Source: Marsupella aquatica (Eukaryota; Plantae; Marchantiophyta). From it: a DNA stretch of 64,000 nt. The notes below the pieces were generated by a model. It saw only the letters and a list, made by a program, of their open reading frames with translations. It was not told where the DNA came from and did not search any database. The DNA lies in assembly GCA_973895155.1 (NCBI GenBank), contig OZ316892.1, forward strand, positions 25,133,233-25,197,232, in the 5' to 3' direction. Position numbers and translations under genes: made by a program. Positions 1-13,059 of this stretch are shown one piece after another; the stretch's first letter is position 1, and the number at the start of each line of letters is the position of its first letter.

Positions 1-24
1 TGATGGCAGATGAGCTTCACTTGC

Positions 25-2871
25 CAGAACGAAAGCTGTGCCTTTGCGCAAAAAGGCTTTGGGCCAATCAGGTCGCAGCTTCAGTAGTTTCTCAGCATCC
101 TTCAAAGCCACCTGTGAAACGAATCCCAAGCCGGACTTCGTATGTCACAAAAATATCCAAAGACAGGCCACAACCAAACCCTAAACGCAAAGTCCTCTAT
201 ATTTACCTGGACCAGTGACATTGGATCAAGACCAAACAGAGCATTCACTTCTGATGTGGTTGCTGGAATCGTCCTCAGTCGCCGACTTAGTCTGTCCAGT
301 AAGTATCATTCCAATGCGATAGTTAAAAGCTGAACATATTTTCAATGATACAATGAAGGACAAAAATCGGATACCTGTAAACATGAGTTTCAGATATAAT
401 GAAGGTGGATACTTATGGTGAACAGACTTAGCGTGCATCGTACGAAGAAGCTATTTAAAACTCAACAGTGAAGCCAAAGCAAGACGAAGTTCTAAAAAAC
501 AAGCTGACCATTTCATAAACTCCTATTTCTGTCAGCTGGGATGTGAATAGTACAACGTTAGTACAGGAAAAAAGATAAAGGACAAAAGAGGCACTGCGCA
601 GGTGATAATAGACAGCATCATGACAACCTGCAAAACGAAGCACATCTATTGCTCAGGAGGATGGCACAATCGGCGGGCTGAGCTTGTAGAGCCTCTGAAT
701 ATGCCTTGATCGCCTGCCCACGAGAACACACAGACTAGATTAGAAGGTCTGAAATCGCATGCAGATTCTGATAATCAAGGATGTTTCTAATTTCTAATTT
801 CTATTTGTTTCACTCGAGGCTGTGTCCCTCACAGATTCTCTTTTCCATTGAAGGTTTGACAGTGATTTATCAGAGTTTGTTACGTTGGTCCAACTGCCAC
901 AACCCCGAACAATTGACGGAGGACTTCCAAACAATAATTGTGAGGATAAGAACCATTAACGACAGCAGCTACCAACATAGTCTGCATCTAGATCTCATTT
1001 TGTCTGGGAAGGAACCAGATTTATGGACATCGTTTGAATGCATCTACGACACAGTTAGTTCAGCATAAGGTTTTGTCTCGACAGTGCGGTTGTTGTATGA
1101 TTCTCCACCTTCGTCATGTCGTTGGCAACGGTTTCATAATAAGAAAGGCTTCATAATAAGAAAGGCCGTCATTCTCGAAAGTCTTCTTAACATAAGGTAG
1201 CGAGCCTTGTCCTGCTCAAAGGGACCCAAATGCGCAAAATTCGGAGGCTCTATGAATCTCATCGGCTTCAAACAAAGAAACTTGAAGTTGGTGTACAGTG
1301 TCTTTCAGTCTATGCCAAAGCTCTTGCTTGTCGTAGTAATTTCGATGTAGGCCTTCCGAATCGTCGACTACTAGCTCACAGACTTGTCCCAGCTGTCTCC
1401 GAGATCCTTGTGTATTTCGAGGAGTGCGCTAACCCTACCGAGCTTGAACTTTTCACCCTTCAGATTGCTGATCTCGGTGTCACGCTCTCGGGTATCACAG
1501 CTCTTCTTTAATAGGCCTCCGTATATATTGTCGAGCTTGAAATTGCCTCTTCGAATTCATGACTGACTTTTCTGACTCTTGGAAATGCCGAATCTCTATT
1601 GGCCTGATTTCAAAGGCTGTACAACAAACAGCTTATACGTTTTTCCTTAACTGACTTCACCCAGTTCATCTCATTGCCCAGTCTGTAAACCCTCACCGAT
1701 ACTACTCGCCGAGGATTTGGCCCAGTCCTAAAACCAGAGTTTGAATGAAACTACCGAGGAACATCTTGTGCTTATCTCCACCATATGCAGATCAGGGAAA
1801 AACGTTTGAAGTTGAATCGAACTTCTAAGTTTAAAACTAAAAACCGAAGAACGCTCTTTCTGCACAACAGAATAGGTACTTCTGACACGGGCCTCATCAT
1901 CGACTCTACGTAGACCTGGGGATACAGTCCTCAACAGGGCTTCTACGCATGCAATCATCTGAAAGTTCGTTCGCAGATAGGATTCAGTATCTTTGTGTAC
2001 TAACAATTACACTGGTGCAATACCAATGATCCATTTATTAGAGATTTTTCCCCTCACTTCGTGCAGAGTTAGCCCAATTATATCACCTACTCATAACGGC
2101 GTCTACCTTTCCAGTGTTCCCCATCTCCCAACCATCAATGATCAATGTTTTTTGGATCTGCAGCATTTGTATCTAGACATCTTCCTTCAGTGGTGTGACG
2201 GGGAATGTGCCGAGATGTTAAATACCTTGAGAGAATGCCAGAATGGATGTTGAGAACCGTCTACCAACACTCCTCACTTACGTCTCCAGCATTATTAGCT
2301 AGGTCTCGATTGACTAACCTCAATCAATGCCATTGCTATTTTGTCTGTACTTCTTCCTTCACTATGGAATCACTTCTGTCACGTCAATTGTCCTGTGCTC
2401 TGAAAAGCACCCCTTTTGTGCCAGAGAATGGGGTACTTTCGGGTTAGGAGGGCCCAGCCCTCAAACGGCAGAATGTCCGTCCCTAACCAGAATTGCCGTC
2501 AATGGATACTAAGGTAACGGGCAAACAATCTCCGCATTTGATCTAAGCGGATGATAAATTGCAAGACGACCCTTTTGTTGTTTGGTCGGCCAATTGAGGA
2601 CATGGGCTGGACAGCTATGGTCTTGGGATTGGGATTTGTTGATTGCAACTGTCCTATGTGAGCAGTATTGTAAAAACATAAAGCGAATTCATACACTATC
2701 GACCACGATACTGAAGGCCAGCGAGGGAGGAGCAGAGGAGCAGAGGAGCAGAGTAACGTAGCTCACCCTCTCATATTCGCCTGCGCGGAATGCTCTATTG
2801 CCAAGCTGTAGACCTTGCACTCCTGCCTGATCATCGACGTCGAAATAATCTGCTGCGGCATCACTACCCAT
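25..2871 (-). CDS. TPR + RING + LON N-terminal domain protein (LONRF / At1g18660-like), 5' part; continues beyond the left window edge. Exons 2871-2767, 713-628, 291-207, 111-25
   Basis: Spliced translation MGSDAAADYFDVDDQAGVQGLQLGNRAFRAGEYER|AIKAYSEALQAQPADCAILLSNRCASFCR|LSRRLRTIPATTSEVNALFGLDPMSLVQ|VALKDAEKLLKLRPDWPKAFLRKGTAFVL is a TPR region. It is colinear with the recalled N-terminus of plant LONRF proteins (GNxAFR..EEAI..YS..LxNRCA..G.D....LALKDA.KL). GT/AG sites and exon phases are consistent. The RING and LON domains lie outside the window. Confidence 0.82.
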
Positions 2872-4895
2872 CCTGACCAACAACAAGCAGTTTCCACCAC
2901 ACCAGCAGAAGAAGACTCAATCTGAAGAGATTGCTGGTCACGACGATGATTCGAAATTCATTGGAGTCTTTTCATCCCTTCCTTCCATCTCCCTGCTGCG
3001 GCTTGCCCGAGATCATTCATTCCTTCCTGTAAGCAATTACTGAATACATGAAGCAATTGCGGTGCATGTCGTTCGTTCTGTACTCAGAAAGCACTCAGAT
3101 CAGCAATTGGCATGCCTTCCATAAAAGCCAAACAAAGCATCTCGTTGTCGACTTTAGATGCTTTTTCCGATCTTTTAACTTCAGTGGTGCAGGCTAGGAA
3201 GGAAGGTGACATGGCTGAGTTGAGTGAAGAAAAAACAACTAGGACACAATGGACCTTGCTTCATTAGTTCTACTTTTCTACCATTCTTGACGTGGGTATT
3301 TACTGACCGCCCCTTGATTGCGTATAAAGTGAACGTGGCACACAGGTTTGGCATAGCAAATTTCTAGCCTCAAATACAGATTTCCTAACTGCCAGGTGGG
3401 ATTTTTACAACTTTTGGTGGAAACGACCCCGAAGAGTAATTTATAAAGAGAACATGTGGCCTATTTTACTAGTTAATGCGTCACCGACACTTGGTACTGT
3501 AGTTGGCAGGGATCATTTAAAAACCAAATCCAGGAAAGCACTACGGTAGTGGCCCAGGTATACCTTGGTCGGCTGGGGTTATCTCAGGTTGGCATGCGGC
3601 GATTCTGTTCGTCTTTCCTCTGGGCTCTTTCCTCTGTCCTCTTTCCTCTGTCCTGCTGATTTGTGCTGCGTTTTATCCTGGACATTTGTGGTGTGTCGCT
3701 TTTCATAAAGAGAAAACCCAAGAAATTTTAAACTGAACATGTTTGATTGATTGAATGAGGTTAAATACAGTAGTTCTATTATTGGGCAAACAGAAAACTT
3801 GAACTTGTATTTGAGGATGAGGTGAATGAGAAAAGTTTAGTCATCATTCCCAAATACAAGATGCAAAGGGAGTGGGTGAAAGGGTAATTTATTTCGTTCA
3901 GTCTTCGTGACCAACACTCGAGCACTGACCTTGGGTCTGTTCTATTTTCATTTTCAGGTTTCGAAATTCTATTCCCACAAACTTTTCAAGACTAAGTTAT
4001 TCTAGGCTATTCTTGTTTCATTTCATGCCCTCACCAGTCATTGCAGAAAGTAATGGTTAGATGGACCAGGTCAGTGTTGACTAAGAAAGTATGAATTTTT
4101 CAACAAAGGAAACGTGATATCTTAGTACAAAAAAGGTTTTTTGCCCTTGACTTACTTCCTAAACAGTACATCCCTGCCCTAAACCTGACCCCCTACCTCA
4201 TAAGCGTCTTAGAGAGGTTTTGCACTTACAAATTTATTGCTCAGTGCAAAATGGTCAGGGAAAAAAAGGGAAGAACATGACACCTTGCCAGGGTTTAGGG
4301 TTTACACTTATGGAGTGTGCCTTTAGCGAGAGGTAAGTGTGCAAAGGTTTGGACGAAATGGACATATCTGACTCCAGCAAGCAAAAAGCACACTTTCAAA
4401 ACAAGAACAGTACTTTACTCTTTCTCGTTAATTAAGAATGGAGAAATGAGCAGTGCTGTCTGGCTTCTCCAGTCAATGGGGTAGGGAGTGTCATGCTTGC
4501 CCTTCGGCAGATTTTTATGGGTAGGTGGGAAGGCAACGTTGTGGCTGGGGCTATGCCACGAGCCATGCTGCTTTCACAACGACAGCGTCTTACTCACAAG
4601 AGGAGCACTACACATTGCCTGGCTGCACCATCACTCTCCACCATGGAATGTAATCTGCATGCTAGACTTTGGTGGCTGTCTAAAAGCTCCACCAGCAATG
4701 GGAAAGGAGATCCAACATGAGGTCCAGGTTGACTTCTATTGACTACCCTAGCCACCCTGATGTTCTATTTGCCTACTGGAGTACTGTACTCTAGTTGTGC
4801 CTTGGGTTGCCATCAGAGCTATTCGCTGAACTTTGTTCAGTTAATTAGGTGATGGGCAGAGAATGTAAGATTGGCAAAGAATTGTAGAAATATAT

Positions 4896-5020
4896 TTGAA
4901 ACTATATTGTACTCATATTGTCAAAACTGTATACTTTAGCCAATTATGACCACATAGGCTTGAAACTTTATTGTACTCATATTGTCAAAAGTGTATAGTT
5001 TAGCCTATATGACCACATAG
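4896..5020. repeat. Short tandem duplication (about 65 bp x2)
   Basis: ttgaaact(a/t)tattgtactcatattgtcaaaa(c/g)tgtata...atgaccacataggc occurs twice in succession. Confidence 0.75.
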
Positions 5021-5035
5021 GCCTGGGTTTCACTT

Positions 5036-5358
5036 TTTTTGTCTTGAACGGAAATGGGGAGGAAATACAATTAGACTCCCCCCATCCCAATGTGACAGTT
5101 TTTCTGTAGGGAACCCAGACCAGGGTGAGCCCCAACGGATCCGACAGGGACCCGCACCAGGAAGGAGAGAGGATTAAATCAGGGCCACAAAGTGGACGAC
5201 CAGGGGCCGAGCAGATAATCAAAACTCCAATCCACTACCCACAAAACCCATCCCACCCACACACAAATACCCTCCACACCCCAGTGTGTGGAGGGGGGAT
5301 TGAACCTGGGACCTCTCAGTTCCAGGCAAATCCCCTAGCCAATTGACCTAAGCCAATT
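5036..5358 (-). mobile_element. tRNA-derived SINE with TSD
   Basis: The minus-strand 5' end has Pol III box A-like (TTAGGTCAATTGG) and box B (GGTTCAATCCC) motifs, with a short A tail at the 3' end (T-run 5034-5040 on plus). A direct repeat GGTTTCACTT flanks both sides (5026-5035 and 5359-5368). Confidence 0.75.
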
Positions 5359-7817
5359 GGTTTCACTTGTTTCAAGACTTTTGCGAGTGGCCATTAAAAT
5401 TTGTCCTGGCCATAAAAATGGCTTTGGTCTACATTTTCCAGCATTCTGATGACACTTTGCCAAAACATGTGTTCATGGGCCTGATTTAACATAAAACACG
5501 TTTTCAGGGCATTTCGCCTCATGTTCAGGCTGTAGTGTCTTCAATGCAAATTCCTCCCCATTTTCCAAAATGGCCTGCATAATTTTCCAGCCCACCATTT
5601 TGGAAGGTCACATTCTAGAGTTGAATGCCATTTTTTATTAAATTTTTTTGGAACTTTATTAAAACTATGTTGGAGGGCCAATTTCAACACAGCTCACTGT
5701 TTTCCTTGGCATTTTGCCTCACATAAAGTTTCAGGCGGTTGTGTCTGAATTTGATTTCCACCCATTTCCCTAAGCTGCATACTTTTCCAACCCACATTTT
5801 TTTGAAACATCACATTTTTGCTTTGGGCAAACCTAATTACTACCGCGGCAGATTTGAATTGTGCTGTGTGTCAGCTTGGCCGCCACCTTCCTGCCCTTTT
5901 ACAGTGCACCATAGTCTACAGTAATCCTATCCTTCTAACTTACACCACTGTTTACATTTGCAGGAGGCTTCCAAATCAAATTTGAACCTTGGCTGGAAAG
6001 GGGTTGAGAACAATACAATGTCTATGGACCTTGATACCCTTTACATTGTCACTCACACACTCTTCCTGCTTCTTGAACATTTTTATCAAAAAAATTCACA
6101 TTCAATTCTCTTTTGATATGCAGGGGAGACGGGTTTACGTTAGAAGCACTTGCAAACATCTTCCACATAGTCTAATATCACCAACTGACTGAGGATTGAG
6201 AGCTATGAAGTTTCTATAGATTACCCTGTCACTCACTCACACTGCAAAATTTCACCTGCACAGTATGCTTTGAAATGTTATATTGTGTCAAAAAGTGTTT
6301 GGTGTTGATGCATTGGGATGTCAATCATTGTGGTCAATCATTGTGATCCGTGTGAGAATCAACTTCTGGTGACCCCATGATGGCCTTTTTTAAATACTTT
6401 TTGTCAATCATGGTCCTTGCAAAATTATTTGTTGAAAATCTGCTCACAAAATAGAAGGATTGGAAAGGAAGATAGGAAATCTGAAACTAGAATCTTCCAA
6501 GTTTGCAGGAGGGGCTGTTTAAGCAAACTACTGGAAAAATCAAAATTGCAATAGTGAAAGTCTACCCCGTAAAAATTACTTTAGACTACTAGCCCCGACT
6601 ACCCCTTCTTTGAATGTGAATAGTGAGGAGGACAATAAAAATGTCACCAAAATATATTCTTTATTCACATGTTTTGAAGATTAATGAAATGATAAAAAAA
6701 TTATCATGCATATCATCATTTTAATGATCATACATAACTTACCATAGTACTCTTTTCTATGCACATCCCATTTTCAGTGTTTCTATCCCACATCCCACTT
6801 ATGCACATATAATATGGTGGGACCATAGAGATCAGTTTTTAATATAAATATAAATCATAACAAAATGCAATCATGATTATCATTTGACATGACATACATC
6901 ATAGACATCAGTTTTCTCATCTACATGATGAGCCATGGAGTTACATCTCGAGATTTCACTCTAGAAACCTAGGCCACAACTCTAGCTTGTAGTTGAAAAA
7001 TTTATAAGTAAGATTATTGAGAATGGCAAGCCAAGTTATGTAAGTGGAGCTTGGTGGTGACCACATGCTTGGTTAGGTGCAAGGGAAATACAGGAAAAAT
7101 AGACCCAGAAAACTTTTTGGCTGGAAAAATTAAAATGGCCAACGGAGAAAATTTGGAAACAAGTGGAAATAACTGTTGCCATTGAGAATGGCGAACCAAG
7201 GTCTACAGTATCTGAGCTCAAGAGATCCAAAGCGATTAGTCTGTACCAAGATCCCTTTTGCCTGACGTCGTGGATTCTCTACACTACAAGAGTCCAAGAG
7301 TCCAAGTCCTGTGGAAATATCCAAAGAGAAAAGCATTCTCTGTACCGAATGTCTGCTGTGTTTCCTTTGAAATTTCTGATGCCATGGCCTGATTGCCCGA
7401 TTGAGCTGCCTCCGTTCTCGATCAGTTGAGTTCGTGTAGGCTTCCAACGCTTTGGGTTATCACTCCTACTTGCTGAATTGGGCTCTTGGGATGACCGACC
7501 GTCCGGACCACACTTGTTCCTCGGAGCAATCATCGGAGAAGAGAGGAGCAGCAATTAGTCGGTCTTACGACTAATGTGAAGCTGATTGTTAGATGGACTG
7601 AGGTCTCTATCTGTTGACTGTTGGCTTTCTTTCCTGCTAGATAGCATAACAGCCATTATTCTGCTCAGAAGAAAGTGAGCGGGCGAATGATAAAGAGAGG
7701 CGAGGATGAATTATTGCACAAGACGATAATTTCACTCATTTCCTGTAGGCTGTTGACATTCAGACCTATGGAGTCTCGCAGTGGAAAATGATTCCTTCTT
7801 GGGACTTGTAGAACTAG

Positions 7818-7911
7818 TTTCCTACACACAGAACGTACAAGTCCGAAGAATTCTCAGATATTCTATGTGTAGGAATTCTGAGATATTATGATGTAGTTCT
7901 GTGTGTAGAAA
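7818..7911. repeat. Imperfect inverted repeat / about 95-nt hairpin
   Basis: ctacacacagaac (7822-7834) pairs with gttctgtgtgtag (7896-7908). The inner aattctcagatattcta pairs imperfectly with taggaattctgagatatt. Confidence 0.7.
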
Positions 7912-8061
7912 TTCTTACCGATAAGGTGTATCTGAGATATTATGTTCAGCTCAATTGATCTTCGGCTATCTGAGAGTTTACGTTCAGCTCAATTTGGTGT
8001 GTCAATGGTTTTTGCATGTGTAAGGGCACTGAATTTGAAGGAGCACTCGGAAAGTGAGGCC

Positions 8062-10995
8062 ATGCGGCTTTCTTGGAGCCCCTGCCCTCCCGAAAATGCT
8101 GTGCTGTCACGGGATATCTGCCTCCCCACTCTTACGGTACACGTGAGCAGAATTTGCGGCTCTGCTGCCTTTCTTGGCTCGTCTCCACCCTCCGTAAGCT
8201 ATACAACCTGCCAAATTCTCGTCCCTAGGTTTTAGGTTACGGTTGGATCAATCAATAAAACAATTGTTTAAATTTTGTAGCCGAATCTTTTGAAGCTGAA
8301 TTTGTGCGCGGACTAAAATGACATGTCCATTTCTCAATACTATTGTTCGTGCCTTTGAAGTGGGGCTCAGAATGTCAAACTGGTTTCCGGCCTCTCAATT
8401 CTGCCTTGAAGAAATATTTCTTTTTTGATGGTAGAATATGTCGTTGGCAATCTTTCTTGTATTTCTTGTGTTTGAAGCTCTCAAATCCTGGCTACTCGTT
8501 CGTATCCTTAGGTTAAGGAGACTCCACCTGAAGTAATCCCAGGGACCATGGGGCACGTTGCAAAATACGAATTTTAGTCAACGTTGGATTCAAAGAACAT
8601 AAAAGCCTAATTCGTCAAATTCATAGTGATCCTGTGGGACACATATTTTCGTCTATCAAGAATTTCAAGAACCAGTTTTCAAGGACTTTTGTAAAAGAGT
8701 GGACATAATCTGGAGTCCACGCTATCTTATTGTTAAGTTCTTTGACGACACCTGCAATTCGTTTTGTGAATAAGCCGTCACAGAGACTCAACTCCTAGCC
8801 AGGAGTGCTTAGTACGATTCTTCAGAACCCAATTTTTGGAAGATTGAATGCTATAATCTTCGACTCGACTCTAAGTTGTTGGTTTGGAAGATTCATGTGT
8901 CGCTTTAGGTGTTCCAGCTTCATAGAGAGTGAAAGTCTGATTGTGGGAATCGCTGAATTGAAACAAGGTCTCTGTCTTTGGACAATGGGCCTAACTCCAG
9001 TGTTTTATTCCTCGTCGTTGATTAGTATAGATATCTCTTGTCCTGATGTAGACTCTTGTTGGGGTTGATTTCCAACCAGGCAGAGCTAGTGCCAGTATTG
9101 CTTGGATTGACTCTTTTATTGTGTAGATATTTCAGGCCCATATTTTAAGTAGCATAACAGACTGCGCGTAGGTTGTTCGTGCCAGGTGAGATGGAACTTC
9201 AGTCATCAGGTCCATGGGCCTGGACAGATAAAGATTTCCACTGGGGGCATGTGCGTGAGTTTTGCCTCCACAAAATCTCCAAACCAACCGGGTGCTCCGT
9301 CAGAAAGGTCATTCTGGCCATTACTCATACCTCGGCCACCAATTTACAGCTCAAATTTTGCGGATGTTGATGCCATTCAGGTATTTTCGTTGTTGTTTTT
9401 CAAGCTAGATTCCTGGATTTTATTTAAGCTAAAGCGCTGCTACTGCTTTTTTTTCTTCTTAATAGTTTGGTCATAATTTAAAATACCCCTTATGGTGGCT
9501 GCATTGTTTCCAATTTTCGACAAACTTGTCTGTGGGTGGGTGTCAGCTGAGCGAACTCTGGCTTCAAACCCTGAAGGTTAGGAGGGATCCGGAAAAGATC
9601 ATCAAAGCTTTGCGCCATAGCTTTGCAGTAAGGTTTACTACTCAATCTTGTGTTGTACTTCATCTGCAACTTCTCTTCCCATTTTTCCACATGCTATTGT
9701 TGCAGTCCTGACGTCCCATTCGGCTGAATAATCCGAGGATCGTTCTTACATATAAGTAGTTTTCTAATGTAATTTTCCCGTTTTCTTGGCAAATTTTACA
9801 GTTTGTGGTTGTGCTTGCCGAAGACGAGGATGCCTCCTTAACGTCTGGCACCCGATGGAAGACTGTGGGTAGGGTTACCTTAGACCTTCATCCTTCACAC
9901 ATTTTCGTTCAATGTGTACGTCCGGGTAAAATCTCGGCTTGTGGGGCAGTGAAAAGACCACTTCTGCCAACTAAATTTAACTTTAGAAATGGTTGACTGG
10001 CTTTCAGGCGTGGGACGTGCTGTTTCCGATGGAACTTTCATTGTAAGGAAACCCTTGTCCCCAAATATTCTTCGTCTTAATGATTTATTGGGAAGATGTT
10101 GATTGAATTTTAAACAGTAATGCATCTGGGTCAACTTGCGTTCTACCTGAACGTTTGTAACGTGTCCTACTACTGCAGGCAACAATATGCGACGTAGCTG
10201 TCGATCCTGCGTACAGACACCGTGGTATTGGCCGTCGGATCGTCAAGAAGCTTGTTGAGGTACCATATTTGATCTTCTATGAAAACTAATTATGACATTG
10301 GAGCAAGTATGAACGTATAACTACGAGACACTCTAGTAACCAATTGAAGAGAGAACTCTACTACATGTCAGGTCAAGCCCAGCAGAGTTCGAGTTCTTGG
10401 TGGGTAGCAGCAATCAGTGAGGAAAACTCAGCTTTGCTATTTATGCAGAACATGAAGAAAACCGGAGGACCATCTGGGTTCGCTGTTTTCCCCCCACCTG
10501 TAGCTCGGCGATTTTTCTGGATGATTGGCTTCAGGTGTTGGTCATTTCCCTTTCCTAATGGCTTGCATTTTGCCACTTGTTGAGTGCTTTCTGCGTGGTT
10601 GCATGTTGTGTATTTGCTTAATTAGAGTATATTCTGAATTTTACTGCAATGGGCCTTCATCGATATATCCAACCGGGCTTTCCGAATGCAATCTGTGTGC
10701 TAAAGCATAATGTCTCTTTTCATGGTTGGTATGTTTCTACTGCTTTGCAACGGGAATCCTTCGTTGCCTACTAGAAGTTCTTCGGGAATATACCTTAAAT
10801 ATGGCTTTGCTTTCATAAAATATACCTGTTTCGTTGTGCTGTAACAAAGAGATGCCCTAAAGTGGGATAACATGTACCAGATCTGATAAGAAGTACAAGC
10901 TCATGGCTTATCGGGAGACGGAAGATGACATGATTTCAGGAGCTGATCGTTTGGCCAGCTCTGAAAATGATGACATAACCCCTGAAGCGGAGTAA
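8062..10995 (+). CDS. GNAT-family N-acetyltransferase, NSI/SNAT (plastid GNAT1-3)-like, about 263 aa. Exons 8062-8193, 9186-9380, 9547-9627, 9802-9868, 10008-10042, 10179-10259, 10449-10534, 10881-10995
   Basis: The spliced product contains RDPEKIIKALRHSFA|FVVVL..., KTVGVGRAVSDGTFI|ATICDVAVDPAYRHRGIGRRIVKKLVE (motif A, the R/QxxGxG acetyl-CoA site) and RRFFWMIGF. All junctions are GT-AG and in phase. The Ser/Pro-rich N-terminus resembles a transit peptide. Exon 1 and the start codon are less certain. Confidence 0.85.
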
Positions 10996-12222
10996 TTCGC
11001 AAGGAAACAGGACATCGTCCAACGTACCTTGTTTTACAGGTTTTGACAATGTGGTTGCGAGCTAGAGCGTATTTTGCATGAAGACAAATGCAGGAACAAG
11101 GCTAGCATAAATTTAGAACTTCTACAATCTAGCATTCTTTTCTGCTCTTCTTGTAGAAATTCCTTGCCACGAGACTTGCAGAACCGTGAGCTTATTGTTG
11201 GCAGATATAACTTTTGGTCTGCTCAGATGACCACTGTAGAGAGAATGCAGCTTAGGAATTAGTGCCTCACTCTTTCTATGTAGACTGGAGCTTTTCTTTG
11301 CCAGGTCTACTGTTAGAGATGAAGGACATCAACCAGTAGTCCAGAATCCATGTTGAGGAGAAAAGATCTTCAGGTGATGTATCAGCTTCTGAGAAAATCC
11401 AAACATGACATTATTATCATGCAGAGCTGTTCTCTTCAACGTCACTCTAAAGGTACAGTCAAGCAAACCATGGACAGAGCAAAACGTCAGAAGTTTCTTC
11501 GCGATTTGATTTTGTGACATCCAGTTCCATAGCAATGCTTACACGACTATAAATCAAGCGTTGACCCCTGATGTCTTCAGGACTTAACTGAATCTGGATA
11601 CCCTGTTTAAAGCCTACATCAGGATTTGACTGAGTCTAGATACCCTGTGTAATAAGCCGATTTTTCCCACTGGAAGGAGCCAAACAACAGGAGCATATGT
11701 GAGCCCACCTTTGACTAAGAATCTACATTATATATGATGTTTGTTCTGTAGGTATTGAATTGTCTAATGTGGAACCCAGATGCACGTTGTTGCTTTGGTG
11801 CATCTCCTCAACAATGCCACAGGTCCCCTACCAACTGTTTTGTCCAATATCAAGCATACAGTAAAACCCAGCACGACCTTCTGATAGCATTTAAATGAAT
11901 GATGATTGTATTAGAGATATCGGCTACTAGCTCATGCCAAACACGGAAGTGTCAGGTTGTGGTACGTACTTGTCACATTTGAGGGCTGTTAAAAGTCTGA
12001 ACCTTTGCCAAAGAAGGTTCCTACAATGGGAGATCCCGAAATTGGTCTAAACTCAACCTATTCATATACAACTGTAGTCCTGACAGTTTCATTTGTTCAG
12101 TGATGTGATGTAGTCACCGACCAAACCACAATAAAGCAATGATCGGCTCAAAAATACACCAGTCCGAGTGTGCAAATCTTCAAATTTCAAGGATAATAAA
12201 ATTCTCAGAGATGATTCTCCAT

Positions 12223-12339
12223 AACTTGTCATTTCACTTTTCACGTAGTTGACCTTTATTGCTTCTTTCTTCCTTCTTATTACTTGTCATTTCACTTTTC
12301 ACGTAATTGACCTTTATTGCTTCTTTCTTCCTTCTTATT
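12223..12339. repeat. Tandem duplication (about 58 bp x2)
   Basis: acttgtcatttcacttttcacgta(g/a)ttgacctttattgcttctttcttccttcttatt occurs twice. Confidence 0.85.
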
Positions 12340-13059
12340 GTTGACTGAACAAAGTGAGGTTAAGCAGAGTGATCCCAAAATGTCGAAACAATATGTGAGG
12401 ATAAGGTCAAGAGTACACCCCCGTTATGTATAAGTAATGACCTAAACATTAATGCAGTGAATAAATATTTTTGCACAAAACATTTGTTTTAAAGTCAGAT
12501 GACCAAAGATAGGATATTGTCCTACTTGATATAGGACAAAGAAACTACAGTACATTAGTTCGTCTATATGCAACATGCGACGGGAGGACTGTGTTTTCCT
12601 GTGACCATGGTGGGTGGGACTTCACCAGCCATGCAAGCACCGCAGCAGCATGTAGTGTAGACAGCAGACCAGTGGTGGGCACAGACACAGATATATCGTG
12701 TCCCTACGACATGCCAAATGAATGCTGGCTGGCTGGCGGGAATGCCGGCGTGCGAGCGAGCTTTTTTTTAGCTGGCTCAGGCCGTGCTGCTGACTCGAAT
12801 GGTGCGGCTGAGTCACAAATTCAATGCGGCATTGCGGCAGCAGCGAGAGCTATGAGTGCTGCGCTCAACCTCGAGACTCGTGCTGCTTGGTTTCCTTGAC
12901 TATCGGCATGGGTACTGTACAGTAGCTAGGAGCTCTCTCGCCACTTCGCCAGAGACTCCTAGTACGTAGGCTTTCTAGGACACGTCCTGTTCATCACTGG
13001 TCACTCTACTCATTTCAATTTGTATTTTGAGCAGCTTCCGGAGATACAGCCAAGGAACA

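Noticed and set aside
7130-7554. Overlapping ORFs of 88-105 aa between LONRF and GNAT
   Set aside because: Non-ATG starts, no family resemblance and no consistent splice model.
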